Shown: positions 43,474-52,782 of the stretch, in pieces | How positions within the stretch are numbered: position 1 is the stretch's first letter | How the letters are laid out: every line of letters starts with the position of its first letter | Source of the DNA: Bacillales bacterium UBA5026 | Lineage (GTDB): Bacteria; Bacillota_I; Bacilli_A; RF39; UBA660 | Direction: 5' to 3' | Assembly (NCBI GenBank): GCA_002416285.1 | Contig: DICM01000034.1 | Span: forward strand, 274-64,273 | DNA length: 64,000 nt | Notes under the pieces: model-generated | Databases searched by the model: none | What the model was told of the DNA's origin: nothing | The model's input: the letters and a program-made list of their open reading frames with translations, nothing else | Translations under genes and position numbers: made by a program

Positions 43474-45486
43474 CTATGTAAACGCTAATGCATTAGCGGC
43501 CCCGAAGGCTATTTTATACTTTTTCTCTTGATAAAAAATAAATCTTATCATTCCTTGCCTACTTGTCATTAACACATTAATATTTCGCTTATAAAGTTTT
43601 TCTAGGACCTCTTTAGATGGATGACCATAAGTGTTTTTTAAGCCAACCGATATAATTCCAAAATTCGGTTTTACAAAGTCTAGAAACAAATCTGAAGTAC
43701 TCGTTTTCGATCCATGGTGACCTATCTTTAGTATATCCACAGGTAGCGTGGAATATTCCTCTAAAATTCTTTTTTCAACTTCCGTAGATGCATCTCCCAT
43801 TAGTAGGATATGTCTCTCTTGCAATTTTGTGTATAATACTAAACTATTATTGTTCTCATTCGTATATTGTTTTTGATTGATAGAATAAAAATGAATGGAT
43901 CCCACTTTTAAAGTTAAGTCCGTTAAATGGTTCCAAGAAATATTCTCTTTGGTAGCCTTGTGTTGAATCAAAAGTTCTAATTCGTTACTATCACCTAAAT
44001 TAAAATAAATTTTTTTAATAGGAAATCTACCAATTAAATTAAGTGCTTCTCCGGCATGATCTTGATCTCCATGGGTTAAAATTAAAGCAGATAAAGAATG
44101 GATTCCACGTGCTTTTAAATATGGGATCAAAATAGAATCTGTTATGGAAATTGTGTTTCTTTTTTTCCAGTCTTCCTGTTTAAATTCTATTTTCCCACCC
44201 GTATCGATTAATACAACAGTGTCACGTTGGATCAATAATGTTGCATCTCCTTGCCCTACATCAAAAGAAATGAGCTCTGTTGTTGGAAATAGGTAAAAAT
44301 GATAATGATGGATAATCAGAAAAAGAACTAACAACAATATCAAAATTCTCTTTTTGTAATATAAAATACCGATAATTAAAGCAATAAGAAATAGTAGTGA
44401 AATCATATCTAGATATCCAAATGAGATTTTACTAGGAATACTATTTAATAAATTGCTAAACCATTCTAACAAAACAATTGCTAAATGAAAAAATGGTTCT
44501 GCAAAAGGAATGATTAATATAATAATTGAAAGAGGAAAAACTAAAAAGCTTACATACGGAATATAGATAATATTAAATATTGGTGTTAAAACATTGATTG
44601 AATAAAAATAGTTAATGGTTATAGGCATGCTTACTAAAAACGAAATCAAGGAACAATGATATAGTTTTCGAATGTATGATACTTTATTATCTTGCCGAAA
44701 ATAAATAAGTGAGAAAGATACTAAAAAACTATAAAGAAAACCCAAATGGTACCAGTAATAAGGATTCCATATTAAAAATATAAAAAACGTTACAATAAGA
44801 AGTTCTAAGGAATTGTACTTCCAATGCATAATTTTTTTTATCTCGATGAGAAAAAACATGACAATTGCCCTTAAAACAGAAGGAGTAAAATCTACTAAAA
44901 AAGCAAAAAAGAATAAAATGCTGACACAGAAGACTACTGTTGTCTTTTTCTTTTTCGGAAGAAAAAATAAAATAATATCTACTATAATGGCAATGTGCGA
45001 TCCTGAAACTGCCATTAAGTGGCTCACTCCTAAATCACGATAGGTACTCATCATTTCTTCTCCCTGGATATCGGTGATTCCAAAAAGAAATAATTTTATA
45101 TTTGATCCTTCATGAAAAGATTCGATATAGTTTAATGTTTTATTCTTTATCTGATAAAATACATTAATCTTTTTGCTCTTAATTGATAAAGTATCGATTT
45201 CCATAATCCAGTTGATCTTTCTTGATTTCAAATATGTCATATAATTGAACTGATATGGATTACTTGGTCCGGTTGGATTTTTTAATGTCCCGGATAATTC
45301 TATTTTCATTCCCAGTTTTAATTGCTGTGATAGTTCTTTCATTTCTTTTTCAGTTTTAAAATAATAAAATCCTATTACTTTTTCTTTTCCTTTTATAATA
45401 ATCTGTAACTGGTTTCCTTCAATTTTATAATTGATTATATTCCCATTTATTGAGGTTGTAGAATCATTATACTTGGTAAAGTTCAC
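43474..45486 (-). CDS. comEC: DNA internalisation competence protein ComEC/Rec2
   Basis: OB-like N-terminus, polytopic competence domain, and C-terminal metallo-beta-lactamase (THGDQDHAGE, GHHGS). GTG start. Confidence 0.85.
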   Translation of the reverse strand: MNFTKYNDSTTSINGNIINYKIEGNQLQIIIKGKEKVIGFYYFKTEKEMKELSQQLKLGMKIELSGTLKNPTGPSNPYQFNYMTYLKSRKINWIMEIDTLSIKSKKINVFYQIKNKTLNYIESFHEGSNIKLFLFGITDIQGEEMMSTYRDLGVSHLMAVSGSHIAIIVDIILFFLPKKKKTTVVFCVSILFFFAFLVDFTPSVLRAIVMFFLIEIKKIMHWKYNSLELLIVTFFIFLIWNPYYWYHLGFLYSFLVSFSLIYFRQDNKVSYIRKLYHCSLISFLVSMPITINYFYSINVLTPIFNIIYIPYVSFLVFPLSIIILIIPFAEPFFHLAIVLLEWFSNLLNSIPSKISFGYLDMISLLFLIALIIGILYYKKRILILLLVLFLIIHHYHFYLFPTTELISFDVGQGDATLLIQRDTVVLIDTGGKIEFKQEDWKKRNTISITDSILIPYLKARGIHSLSALILTHGDQDHAGEALNLIGRFPIKKIYFNLGDSNELELLIQHKATKENISWNHLTDLTLKVGSIHFYSINQKQYTNENNNSLVLYTKLQERHILLMGDASTEVEKRILEEYSTLPVDILKIGHHGSKTSTSDLFLDFVKPNFGIISVGLKNTYGHPSKEVLEKLYKRNINVLMTSRQGMIRFIFYQEKKYKIAFGAANALAFT

Positions 45487-45538
45487 TTGAAAAGAAATTC
45501 ATAAAAAGGAAAAGAGAATAGAAAAACAAAATAATAAT

Positions 45539-46204
45539 TTAAATGATAATCTGATCTTTGATTTTAGCAAAAACAGATTCTCCAATTCCTTTTACATTCA
45601 TGATATCTTCAATTGATTCAAAAGGTTGGCTTTCACGGTAACTAATAATATCTTTTGCTTTTGCTTCACCAATCCCGCTCAATGTCATAAGCTCCTCTTT
45701 TGAAGCTTTATTGATTGAAATCTTCGTTGATTTTTTATCTGGCTCACTTGGTTCAGCTGGATAACTACAAGCATCATTAATAGTATCTGGGCAATTGCAT
45801 GGAATTGGTACCTCAACATATTCTGTAACTACTTTACTCTTTTCATATGTCGCAATTTCTTCTTTAGTATAGACATAGATTGTCATTTGATCTTCAAGTC
45901 GCTTACTCAAATTTAAATAATAGATATCAGATTCTTCTAATATCCCACCAGCATAATTAATCGCATCATTGACACGATCTCCTGACGTTACTTCATAAAC
46001 CCCCGGATTTACAACAGCACCTTTCACATCAACTTTAAAGGTTTGGACTTCAGAAGGAGCTGGTTCTTCTTTTAAATTTAATTCAACCGGAGCAGCCTCA
46101 GTAGATTCCTTTCCTTTTACAAACCAAAAACTACCAACTAAACAAATTAGAAGAAAACCTATTATATACAAGCGATATTGATATATATATTTCTTCATAT
46201 TCAC
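45539..46204 (-). CDS. comEA: Competence DNA receptor ComEA (SLBB + helix-hairpin-helix)
   Basis: N-terminal TM, SLBB (VNPGVYEV), tandem HhH (LSGIGEAKAKDII, VKGIGESVFAKI). Confidence 0.85.
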   Translation of the reverse strand: MNMKKYIYQYRLYIIGFLLICLVGSFWFVKGKESTEAAPVELNLKEEPAPSEVQTFKVDVKGAVVNPGVYEVTSGDRVNDAINYAGGILEESDIYYLNLSKRLEDQMTIYVYTKEEIATYEKSKVVTEYVEVPIPCNCPDTINDACSYPAEPSEPDKKSTKISINKASKEELMTLSGIGEAKAKDIISYRESQPFESIEDIMNVKGIGESVFAKIKDQIII

Positions 46205-46246
46205 CTCCTAAAACAACATACAAAAAAAAGAGGTCATTTCCTCTTT

Positions 46247-46588
46247 TTACAACCATTTTGTTTGCTCATGACCAGCGCCTAAAAGTTCATAAGCCATTTT
46301 TAAGCGATCTAATTCATCTTTAAAATCTAAATAATAAGGTAAATTATCAGAGTAGTAGTTTTCCTGAACAAAATCAAAGAAGTGAAGATCGGTTACATAT
46401 AACCCCACTATTTGATCTACTCTTTTTACTTCGTCAATGCATTCTTCCATAGTTTCCATCGAACGAATATAATCTTTGTAAGAATTAATTAGATTTTTAC
46501 TGATTAAATCAGCACGTTGATAATTGTAATTAACAATTTTATCGTAATTTGGACAGTGTTCTAATAAGTTTAATACTGCTCCCACCAT
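46247..46588 (-). CDS. Hypothetical protein (113 aa)
   Basis: ORF on the same strand as its flanking genes. No motif recognised. Confidence 0.45.
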   Translation of the reverse strand: MVGAVLNLLEHCPNYDKIVNYNYQRADLISKNLINSYKDYIRSMETMEECIDEVKRVDQIVGLYVTDLHFFDFVQENYYSDNLPYYLDFKDELDRLKMAYELLGAGHEQTKWL

Positions 46589-46599
46589 AGTACTTCCTC

Positions 46600-47637
46600 C
46601 TAAAATAAACGAATAATATCATTAAAAGTAATTACAACCATAAGTAACATTAATATTACAAATCCTACTGCATGAATTGTATTTTCAAGTTTTGGTTCGA
46701 CAGGTTTTCCTTTTATTTTTTCAATAATCAAGAATAAAAGTCGACCACCATCGAACGCTGGAAAAGGAATAATATTTATAAATCCAACATTAATACATAA
46801 ATAAGCAATTAAATAAACAATGCTTAAGAATCCCGCTCGAGCGCTTTCTCCTACAACATTAAAGATTCCAACGGGTCCTGATAGACTATTTAAACTTAGT
46901 TTACCTGAAAATAAATAACCTAGAATCAAGCACATTTGTTCCATTAAACTTCCTGTTTTTAAAAATGCATATTTGATTGATTCCCAAATTCCATGTTTCG
47001 CACTATTATCAAGAGCAAAGCCATAGGAATAACTTGTTTTCTCATCTTTTACTATCTTCTCAGGTTTTATCTGAACTGTTTTAGAAGTTCCATCTTTGCT
47101 CTCTATTTTTAGAGATATCGTATCTCCGATTCTTACTTGAAATTCTAATAGAAACCGATCTACTGTCGATAGTTTAGTATTATCGATTGCTCTAATTTTA
47201 TCTCCAGCTTGTAAACCAGCAATGGCAGAAGGCGAATCCTCTTCTACATATGATATTCGTGGAGTCATCGTTGGAGCACCATTGATTAATGCGATTACAA
47301 ACAGTAAAATAAGCGCTAACAAGAAATTGAATAAAACTCCTGCTGTAATTGTTAGAAAACGCTGCCACCAAGTTTTTGCTTGCATCGTTTTTTCAAACGG
47401 AATATCTCGGTCAGCTTCGATATCTTCACCGGCCATACTAACGTATCCTCCAATTGGAAATAACCGAATAGAATATGTCGTTTCATCATTTTTTCGATTG
47501 AAACTATATAACTTTGGACCCATTCCAAGTGAAAATTCATAGACATAAATTCCTGCCTTCTTCGCAAATAGGAAATGCCCAAACTCATGGATCATAATTG
47601 TGACTAACAATACAAAAATAAAGTAAATTATTGTCAT
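46600..47637 (-). CDS. rseP: Site-2 (M50) zinc metalloprotease RseP/RasP
   Basis: HEFGHF, a PDZ domain, and the C-terminal NIIPFPAFDGG motif. Confidence 0.88.
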   Translation of the reverse strand: MTIIYFIFVLLVTIMIHEFGHFLFAKKAGIYVYEFSLGMGPKLYSFNRKNDETTYSIRLFPIGGYVSMAGEDIEADRDIPFEKTMQAKTWWQRFLTITAGVLFNFLLALILLFVIALINGAPTMTPRISYVEEDSPSAIAGLQAGDKIRAIDNTKLSTVDRFLLEFQVRIGDTISLKIESKDGTSKTVQIKPEKIVKDEKTSYSYGFALDNSAKHGIWESIKYAFLKTGSLMEQMCLILGYLFSGKLSLNSLSGPVGIFNVVGESARAGFLSIVYLIAYLCINVGFINIIPFPAFDGGRLLFLIIEKIKGKPVEPKLENTIHAVGFVILMLLMVVITFNDIIRLF

Positions 47638-47650
47638 AGACGCCTCTTTT

Positions 47651-48445
47651 CTATATGATTGGTAAGAAGAATATAAAGCCTAAAACCAAGAAAATCATAC
47701 TGTCAAAGCGGTCTAATATTCCACCATGACCTGGCAAAAGATTGGAAAAATCTTTCACACCATAATATCTTTTAACAGATGATAACACTAAATCACCAAA
47801 CTGACTTAAAACGGATAGAAATAAACTCATAAAAATGACTGCGGCAATGGATAAAGTTGGATCAACTACAACATGAAAGAATAAAGTGCTGATACAAACT
47901 CCAAAGAACGTTCCACCAATCATTCCCTCAAGTGTTTTTTTTGGAGAGATGACGGTTAACGGGTGTTTTCCAATAAAGTATCCGACAAAATAAGCATATG
48001 TATCCGTAAATACTGAGATACAAAATAAATATAACAACATATTTAATCCTGTATTACGGACTAAAATTAGTAAGGAGAAAGAGAGCCCTAGAAAAAATAT
48101 TCCTCCTATTAAATAAAATGCATCCACAACACTATAAATACTTCTATCATGATATAAAACAACAGGGGTTAAAAATACTAAAAAGACTCCTGCAAGAATA
48201 CGAAAATCAATTGTAAATGATATTCCTGACCCCGAATCTGATAAGACGATTAGTGCCATCATTATATAAGAAATAAGACTTATAAAGAGTGGCAATTCTT
48301 TCTTTGCTTGCTTTACATTTAAAAACTCATGAAGTGCAAGAAGCGAAATAATAAAGATTCCTAATTTAAAAACAGTTCCACCCTGTATCATTACAGGTAA
48401 GGCAATTGCTAGCGCAATAATAGCTGTTATAACGCGTTGTAACAT
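47651..48445 (-). CDS. cdsA: Phosphatidate cytidylyltransferase
   Basis: Signature SSVKRYYGVKDFSNLLPGHGGILDRFDS. Confidence 0.88.
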   Translation of the reverse strand: MLQRVITAIIALAIALPVMIQGGTVFKLGIFIISLLALHEFLNVKQAKKELPLFISLISYIMMALIVLSDSGSGISFTIDFRILAGVFLVFLTPVVLYHDRSIYSVVDAFYLIGGIFFLGLSFSLLILVRNTGLNMLLYLFCISVFTDTYAYFVGYFIGKHPLTVISPKKTLEGMIGGTFFGVCISTLFFHVVVDPTLSIAAVIFMSLFLSVLSQFGDLVLSSVKRYYGVKDFSNLLPGHGGILDRFDSMIFLVLGFIFFLPII

Positions 48446-48553
48446 AGTTAAAACCTCCCTATTTTCTTACTCATTATAATATATTTTATGTTTTTTTACA
48501 AGTAAAAAGGAGAAAAATATACTTCTTCTCCTATTAAGCTCATCATTTTATTT

Positions 48554-49063
48554 TTATTCTGCTTTCACAATATATTTTAAAACTTCATGATCTTGTATTT
48601 TCTTACGGATTGGCATTTCATAAAAATCGTTCATATTAAATGATTTTTTTAGTTGCTCTTCACTGGTACTTGTTGTATATAAACTTACCATAACTAGTTC
48701 TACATCAATTGCAATACCATGTTTTTCTAAACTAATTTTAACCGGAATTTTATTCCCGTTTCGTTCTCCAAAGGCAGCAACTACATTATAGATTGTTTCT
48801 CTTTCCCAAAGTCCATTTTTACTAAGTGCAAGTTCTAATTTTCCCTCTTCATAAGTTTGATTTGAAAGCTCATCTAAAGATATAAAAGAAGATGTATCAA
48901 AGACAAACTCAATTGTTCCATTTACAATTTGTTCTCCAATTTGTCTTGGATAAAATCCCATAACTCCTTGAATACTCACAATTGCTTGTCCCTGATAATT
49001 ACGACTCCTAAAGTTTAGTTCTGAATTAGATACCTGAAATTCATGATTATTGATTTTTAACAT
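48554..49063 (-). CDS. Hypothetical cytoplasmic protein (169 aa) downstream of the large pilin
   Basis: Same strand, 38 nt after the pilin stop. No motif recognised. Confidence 0.45.
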   Translation of the reverse strand: MLKINNHEFQVSNSELNFRSRNYQGQAIVSIQGVMGFYPRQIGEQIVNGTIEFVFDTSSFISLDELSNQTYEEGKLELALSKNGLWERETIYNVVAAFGERNGNKIPVKISLEKHGIAIDVELVMVSLYTTSTSEEQLKKSFNMNDFYEMPIRKKIQDHEVLKYIVKAE

Positions 49064-49101
49064 TCTATCACCCTATCCATTATATCACAAAATTATAGTT
49101 T

Positions 49102-50742
49102 TTAATTAGTTATTGATACTACAGGACGGAACGAAAATCCGCTATGTGGACCACTATACGCACTGCTGAAACTACCCAGCCCAGCAAACGATGTGTAATA
49201 GAAAGAGGCACCACGATTGAACCACGGAAGAGAGGCATGTGGCAGGTAACTATGCTTTGTGCTCCATCCTCCTCGGTCTGTACCACTCCATGCTGTTCCA
49301 TCATATCGGTTAGCTCCATTACTCGTTTCATAGACTCCATCTCCATATACGGTTGCATCATAATCCATTCCTACACTGTTTAATAGATTACTTGTTGGGG
49401 TTGTATATTTCGTAATATGTGTATTTGCTATTTTATTGTACTCTTCTGCCCCGAATCCACTACTTGCTAACAAATTATTATATACTGCCATTGTTCTTTC
49501 CCATGATCCACCACTCATATCATATACACCAGTGATGTTCCATGTAGTACTTGCTTTTACTCCAATTTCACTATCATATGGATTTTTACAAGTCGCTAAA
49601 GTTGATGTACTCGCACTTGCAGTATCTCCTGCACATCCTGTTATATAATTTTGATTATTGTTAATGTAGACCTCATTTGTATTTGCACCATAACTAGAGA
49701 GGGTTAAATAGTAAATTGCTCCCCATTCTAGATTTGTTGCCATGTGTGTGTCGACACTAGATGAAGTCCATCCATAGGTTGCATTATCTTTCATTGCTAA
49801 ACTTGCTTTATATGCATTTGATATGTTCATACATCTCCATGAATTAACATTTGGAACTACTTTAATAGTCTTTGTTGCTACATTATCTCCTGCCACTGGA
49901 CAAGTCCAATCAGAATAATATCCATTAGCTATTCCCTCAACTGCGGTTGGTTCAAATTTTGCTACCCAAAATCCATTCTGATTAATATCATTTTGAAAAG
50001 CTGGATGGGTAAAATAATACATAGATGTATCTTTGGTTCCTGCTACATATCCACTAGTCTCAATATTTGTTCCATCAGCTGTTGTATCACCTGTTCCTTT
50101 TAGAAACTTCACATCGATAGTACCTGCGGTACTGCTGTGATAGCCACTGGTGATTTTATAGGCATATCTTGGGATCCATACCCAGTATGATCCGTCAATT
50201 GTTTTAACATTGGCCCATAATTGATTGCTGTAGTCATACCACTCTGGATCATCCACAGTCGTTACTGTTTCTACTCCATTCACCCACTTTATTGGTGTCA
50301 TTCCTTCACTTAAAACTGGGGCATTGGCTGCTTCTTTTTCCGTCGCTGGCTCACAACTTACTTCTGTTTTTTCACTATTGACCTTAGCTTTCCCATTTGC
50401 ATAATCCACAATATATTGATCAAACTGAAACGAGCCACTCCCGACCGTTCCATCTTTGATGATGACACAAACTGCTGTTGGTTCTTTTCCTTTATAATTC
50501 ACATTGGTTAAAGTGCTTAAATCATAGGTACCATCAACTCTAGTTGTATAGTTTCCGGTATCGATCATATTTTGTAGATCTGATTTTTCTATCGCATCAA
50601 TATAGCCATAAGTACTTGATTCTGCTGCTCCTTTTTTTGCACTATCAATCACACCCAAGATCATTGGGGTTGCGATAAGCGCTATAATCGCTAATATTAC
50701 AATTACTGCTAATAATTCGATTAAGGTAAATCCTTTTTTCAT
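49102..50742 (-). CDS. Large type IV pilin-like protein fused to an FGE-sulfatase (SUMF1)-like domain
   Basis: MKKG/FTLIELLAVIVILAIIALIA prepilin signal after AAGGAGTG. The C-terminal part has GVYDMSGGSWE, NRGASF and FSFRPV, which resemble the FGE-sulfatase-domain hallmarks. Confidence 0.7.
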   Translation of the reverse strand: MKKGFTLIELLAVIVILAIIALIATPMILGVIDSAKKGAAESSTYGYIDAIEKSDLQNMIDTGNYTTRVDGTYDLSTLTNVNYKGKEPTAVCVIIKDGTVGSGSFQFDQYIVDYANGKAKVNSEKTEVSCEPATEKEAANAPVLSEGMTPIKWVNGVETVTTVDDPEWYDYSNQLWANVKTIDGSYWVWIPRYAYKITSGYHSSTAGTIDVKFLKGTGDTTADGTNIETSGYVAGTKDTSMYYFTHPAFQNDINQNGFWVAKFEPTAVEGIANGYYSDWTCPVAGDNVATKTIKVVPNVNSWRCMNISNAYKASLAMKDNATYGWTSSSVDTHMATNLEWGAIYYLTLSSYGANTNEVYINNNQNYITGCAGDTASASTSTLATCKNPYDSEIGVKASTTWNITGVYDMSGGSWERTMAVYNNLLASSGFGAEEYNKIANTHITKYTTPTSNLLNSVGMDYDATVYGDGVYETSNGANRYDGTAWSGTDRGGWSTKHSYLPHASLPWFNRGASFYYTSFAGLGSFSSAYSGPHSGFSFRPVVSITN

Positions 50743-50832
50743 TTTCTCACTCCTTCTTACTTTACTACACGAAAAAGAACTTAACCACTTAGTCAAGTTC
50801 CTTTATCATAAATCTTACAATACTTTAGAGGG

Positions 50833-50868
50833 CTAAATACCCCCCCCCGGTTGCTTTTTGTATATCAT
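50833..50868 (-). CDS. 11-codon leader uORF containing the G9 tract
   Basis: GGAGG, 7 nt, then ATG ATA TAC AAA AAG CAA CCG GGG GGG GGT ATT TAG. Lies between a good promoter and the pilin gene. Confidence 0.35.
   Translation of the reverse strand: MIYKKQPGGGI
50840..50848 (-). repeat. Homopolymeric G9 (C9 on the plus strand) tract
   Basis: The only long G/C homopolymer I noticed in this AT-rich window. It lies 98 nt upstream of the pilin ATG. Confidence 0.9.
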
Positions 50869-50900
50869 TTTTAGTCCTCCTAGTTTTCTTATCCTTCTTT

Positions 50901-50929
50901 ATTCTAGCATATATTAATTTCTCATTCAA
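50901..50929 (-). promoter_or_regulatory. Sigma-A-type promoter for the leader/pilin transcript (TTGAAT-17-TAGAAT, TGc extended -10)
   Basis: -35 at 50924-50929 and -10 at 50901-50906 on the minus strand. Confidence 0.55.
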
Positions 50930-50973
50930 CTATTTTTTTACAATAGGACTTATAATTATACAAAAAAAGAAGC

Positions 50974-52782
50974 CTAAGCCTCTTCTTCTTCAAATTGTGA
51001 ATTATACAATTTCGCATAAAAACCATCTTTTTTCAATAATTCCTCATGTGAACCTTGTTCCACAATATCCCCTTGATCCATTACTAGAATCATATCGGCA
51101 TTTTTAATTGTAGAAAGTCTATGAGCAATAACAAAACTAGTTCTGCCTTCCATTAGATGATCCATTGCATCTTGAATCAACAATTCAGTTCTCGTATCGA
51201 CATTACTTGTTGCCTCATCTAGAATTAAAATTTTAGGATCTGCTAATATAACTCTGGCAATTGTCAATAATTGCTTTTGACCACCAGAAATATTATCTGC
51301 CTCTTCATTCAATTCCATATCATACCCTTCTGGTAACGTTTTTACAAAATGATCAACACTAGCCGCTTTACAAGCCGCTTCAATATCTACTTCACTAGCA
51401 TCGTGATTTCCATATCTGATATTGTCTTTAATGGTTCCATGAAACAACCAAGTATCCTGTAAAACCATCCCAAATAATTTTCTCAAATCACTACGATTGA
51501 AATCTCGGATATCGTGACCATCTACTTTGATTGCTCCCGCATTGACATCGTAAAAGCGCATCAATAGTTTAATCATTGTCGATTTACCAGCACCAGTAGG
51601 ACCAACAATTGCTATTTTTTGTCCTTTTTTTACTGTAGCACTAAAATCATTGATAATTGTTTTATTTTCATTATATCCAAAATGAACATGATCAAATTCG
51701 ATATTTCCATCAATATTCAAAGTTGAAACTGGTTTTTCAACATCTGGTATTTCCTCTTCTTCATTTAAGAATTCGAATACACGTTCTGCTGCTGCTGCTG
51801 TCGATTGAAACATATTCATAATTTGAGCAGCTTGAGCAATAGTCATATTAAATGTTCTTACATATTGAATGAAAGATACAATATCCCCAACTTCTATTTT
51901 CTTTTTGATGGTTAAATATCCACCTAGCATTGATACTACAACATATCCCAGGTTTCCAATAAAACTCATAATTGGGTGCATCATTCCTGATAGAAATTGA
52001 CTCTTCCATGCGGTATGATAAAGTGTTTCGTTGATTTCATCAAAATTTTGAGAAGATTTTTCTTCTGCATTAAAGGCTTTGACAATATCATGACCACCAT
52101 ATAATTCTTCTGTCATTCCATTGATGTCCCCTAAATATTTTTGTTGTTTCACGAAGAAAGTTTGACTCTTCTTAACAATGAATCCCATACATCCAACTGA
52201 TATAGGTAAAATCAAGAATGCTGCAATAGTCATCGTTGGACTGATAGATAACATCATAATTACAACACCAACCAACATTGTTACAGAAGTAATCAACTGA
52301 GTCATACTTTGATTTAACCCTTGGCTTAATGTATCGACATCGTTTGTAATTCTTGATAATACTTCTCCATGGGTCTTGGTATCAAAATAACGCATTGGTA
52401 GACGGTGAATTTTTTCTGATATTTCTTTTCTTAGACGATAAGATATCTTCTGTGAAATAGTTCCCATAACATAACCTTGTATAAAGGAAAACAAAGCACT
52501 TATCGCATATAAACCAAATAGAAATAAAACCGTTTTCCCAATTTTAGAAAAATCAATTCCACCGGTATTACTAATTTTAGCCATTAGACCATTAAAGATT
52601 TCTGTTGTTATATTTCCACTTATTTTAGGACCTACAATCGAGAATGCTGTTCCACCGACTGCAAAGATTAGAACTAGAAGAATTCCAACCCAATACTGTC
52701 TTAAATATTTGGACAAGGTTTTAAATGTCGCTTTAAAGTTTTTTGCTTTTTCTGGCATTGCAGCCCCATGACCATTATTCAT
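50974..52782 (-). CDS. ABC exporter, fused permease/ATPase (heterodimer partner)
   Basis: 6-TM domain plus Walker A GPTGAGKST, LSGGQKQ, ILILDEATS. Confidence 0.9.
   Translation of the reverse strand: MNNGHGAAMPEKAKNFKATFKTLSKYLRQYWVGILLVLIFAVGGTAFSIVGPKISGNITTEIFNGLMAKISNTGGIDFSKIGKTVLFLFGLYAISALFSFIQGYVMGTISQKISYRLRKEISEKIHRLPMRYFDTKTHGEVLSRITNDVDTLSQGLNQSMTQLITSVTMLVGVVIMMLSISPTMTIAAFLILPISVGCMGFIVKKSQTFFVKQQKYLGDINGMTEELYGGHDIVKAFNAEEKSSQNFDEINETLYHTAWKSQFLSGMMHPIMSFIGNLGYVVVSMLGGYLTIKKKIEVGDIVSFIQYVRTFNMTIAQAAQIMNMFQSTAAAAERVFEFLNEEEEIPDVEKPVSTLNIDGNIEFDHVHFGYNENKTIINDFSATVKKGQKIAIVGPTGAGKSTMIKLLMRFYDVNAGAIKVDGHDIRDFNRSDLRKLFGMVLQDTWLFHGTIKDNIRYGNHDASEVDIEAACKAASVDHFVKTLPEGYDMELNEEADNISGGQKQLLTIARVILADPKILILDEATSNVDTRTELLIQDAMDHLMEGRTSFVIAHRLSTIKNADMILVMDQGDIVEQGSHEELLKKDGFYAKLYNSQFEEEEA

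Noticed and set aside
45487-45538. Hydrophobic reading frame (..LFFYSLFLFMNFFSS..) between comEA and the GTG start of comEC, suggesting a frameshifted N-terminal TM helix of ComEC
   Set aside because: It is only about 20 codons long, and T-rich DNA yields Phe/Leu-rich translations by chance. There is no clear start codon or RBS. I could not support a frameshift without homologue alignment.
49119-49648. Several 70-80-aa ORFs nested in or antisense to the large pilin gene
   Set aside because: All lie inside the 546-aa pilin ORF, which has an RBS, a prepilin leader and recognisable domain motifs. The nested ORFs have no independent signals.
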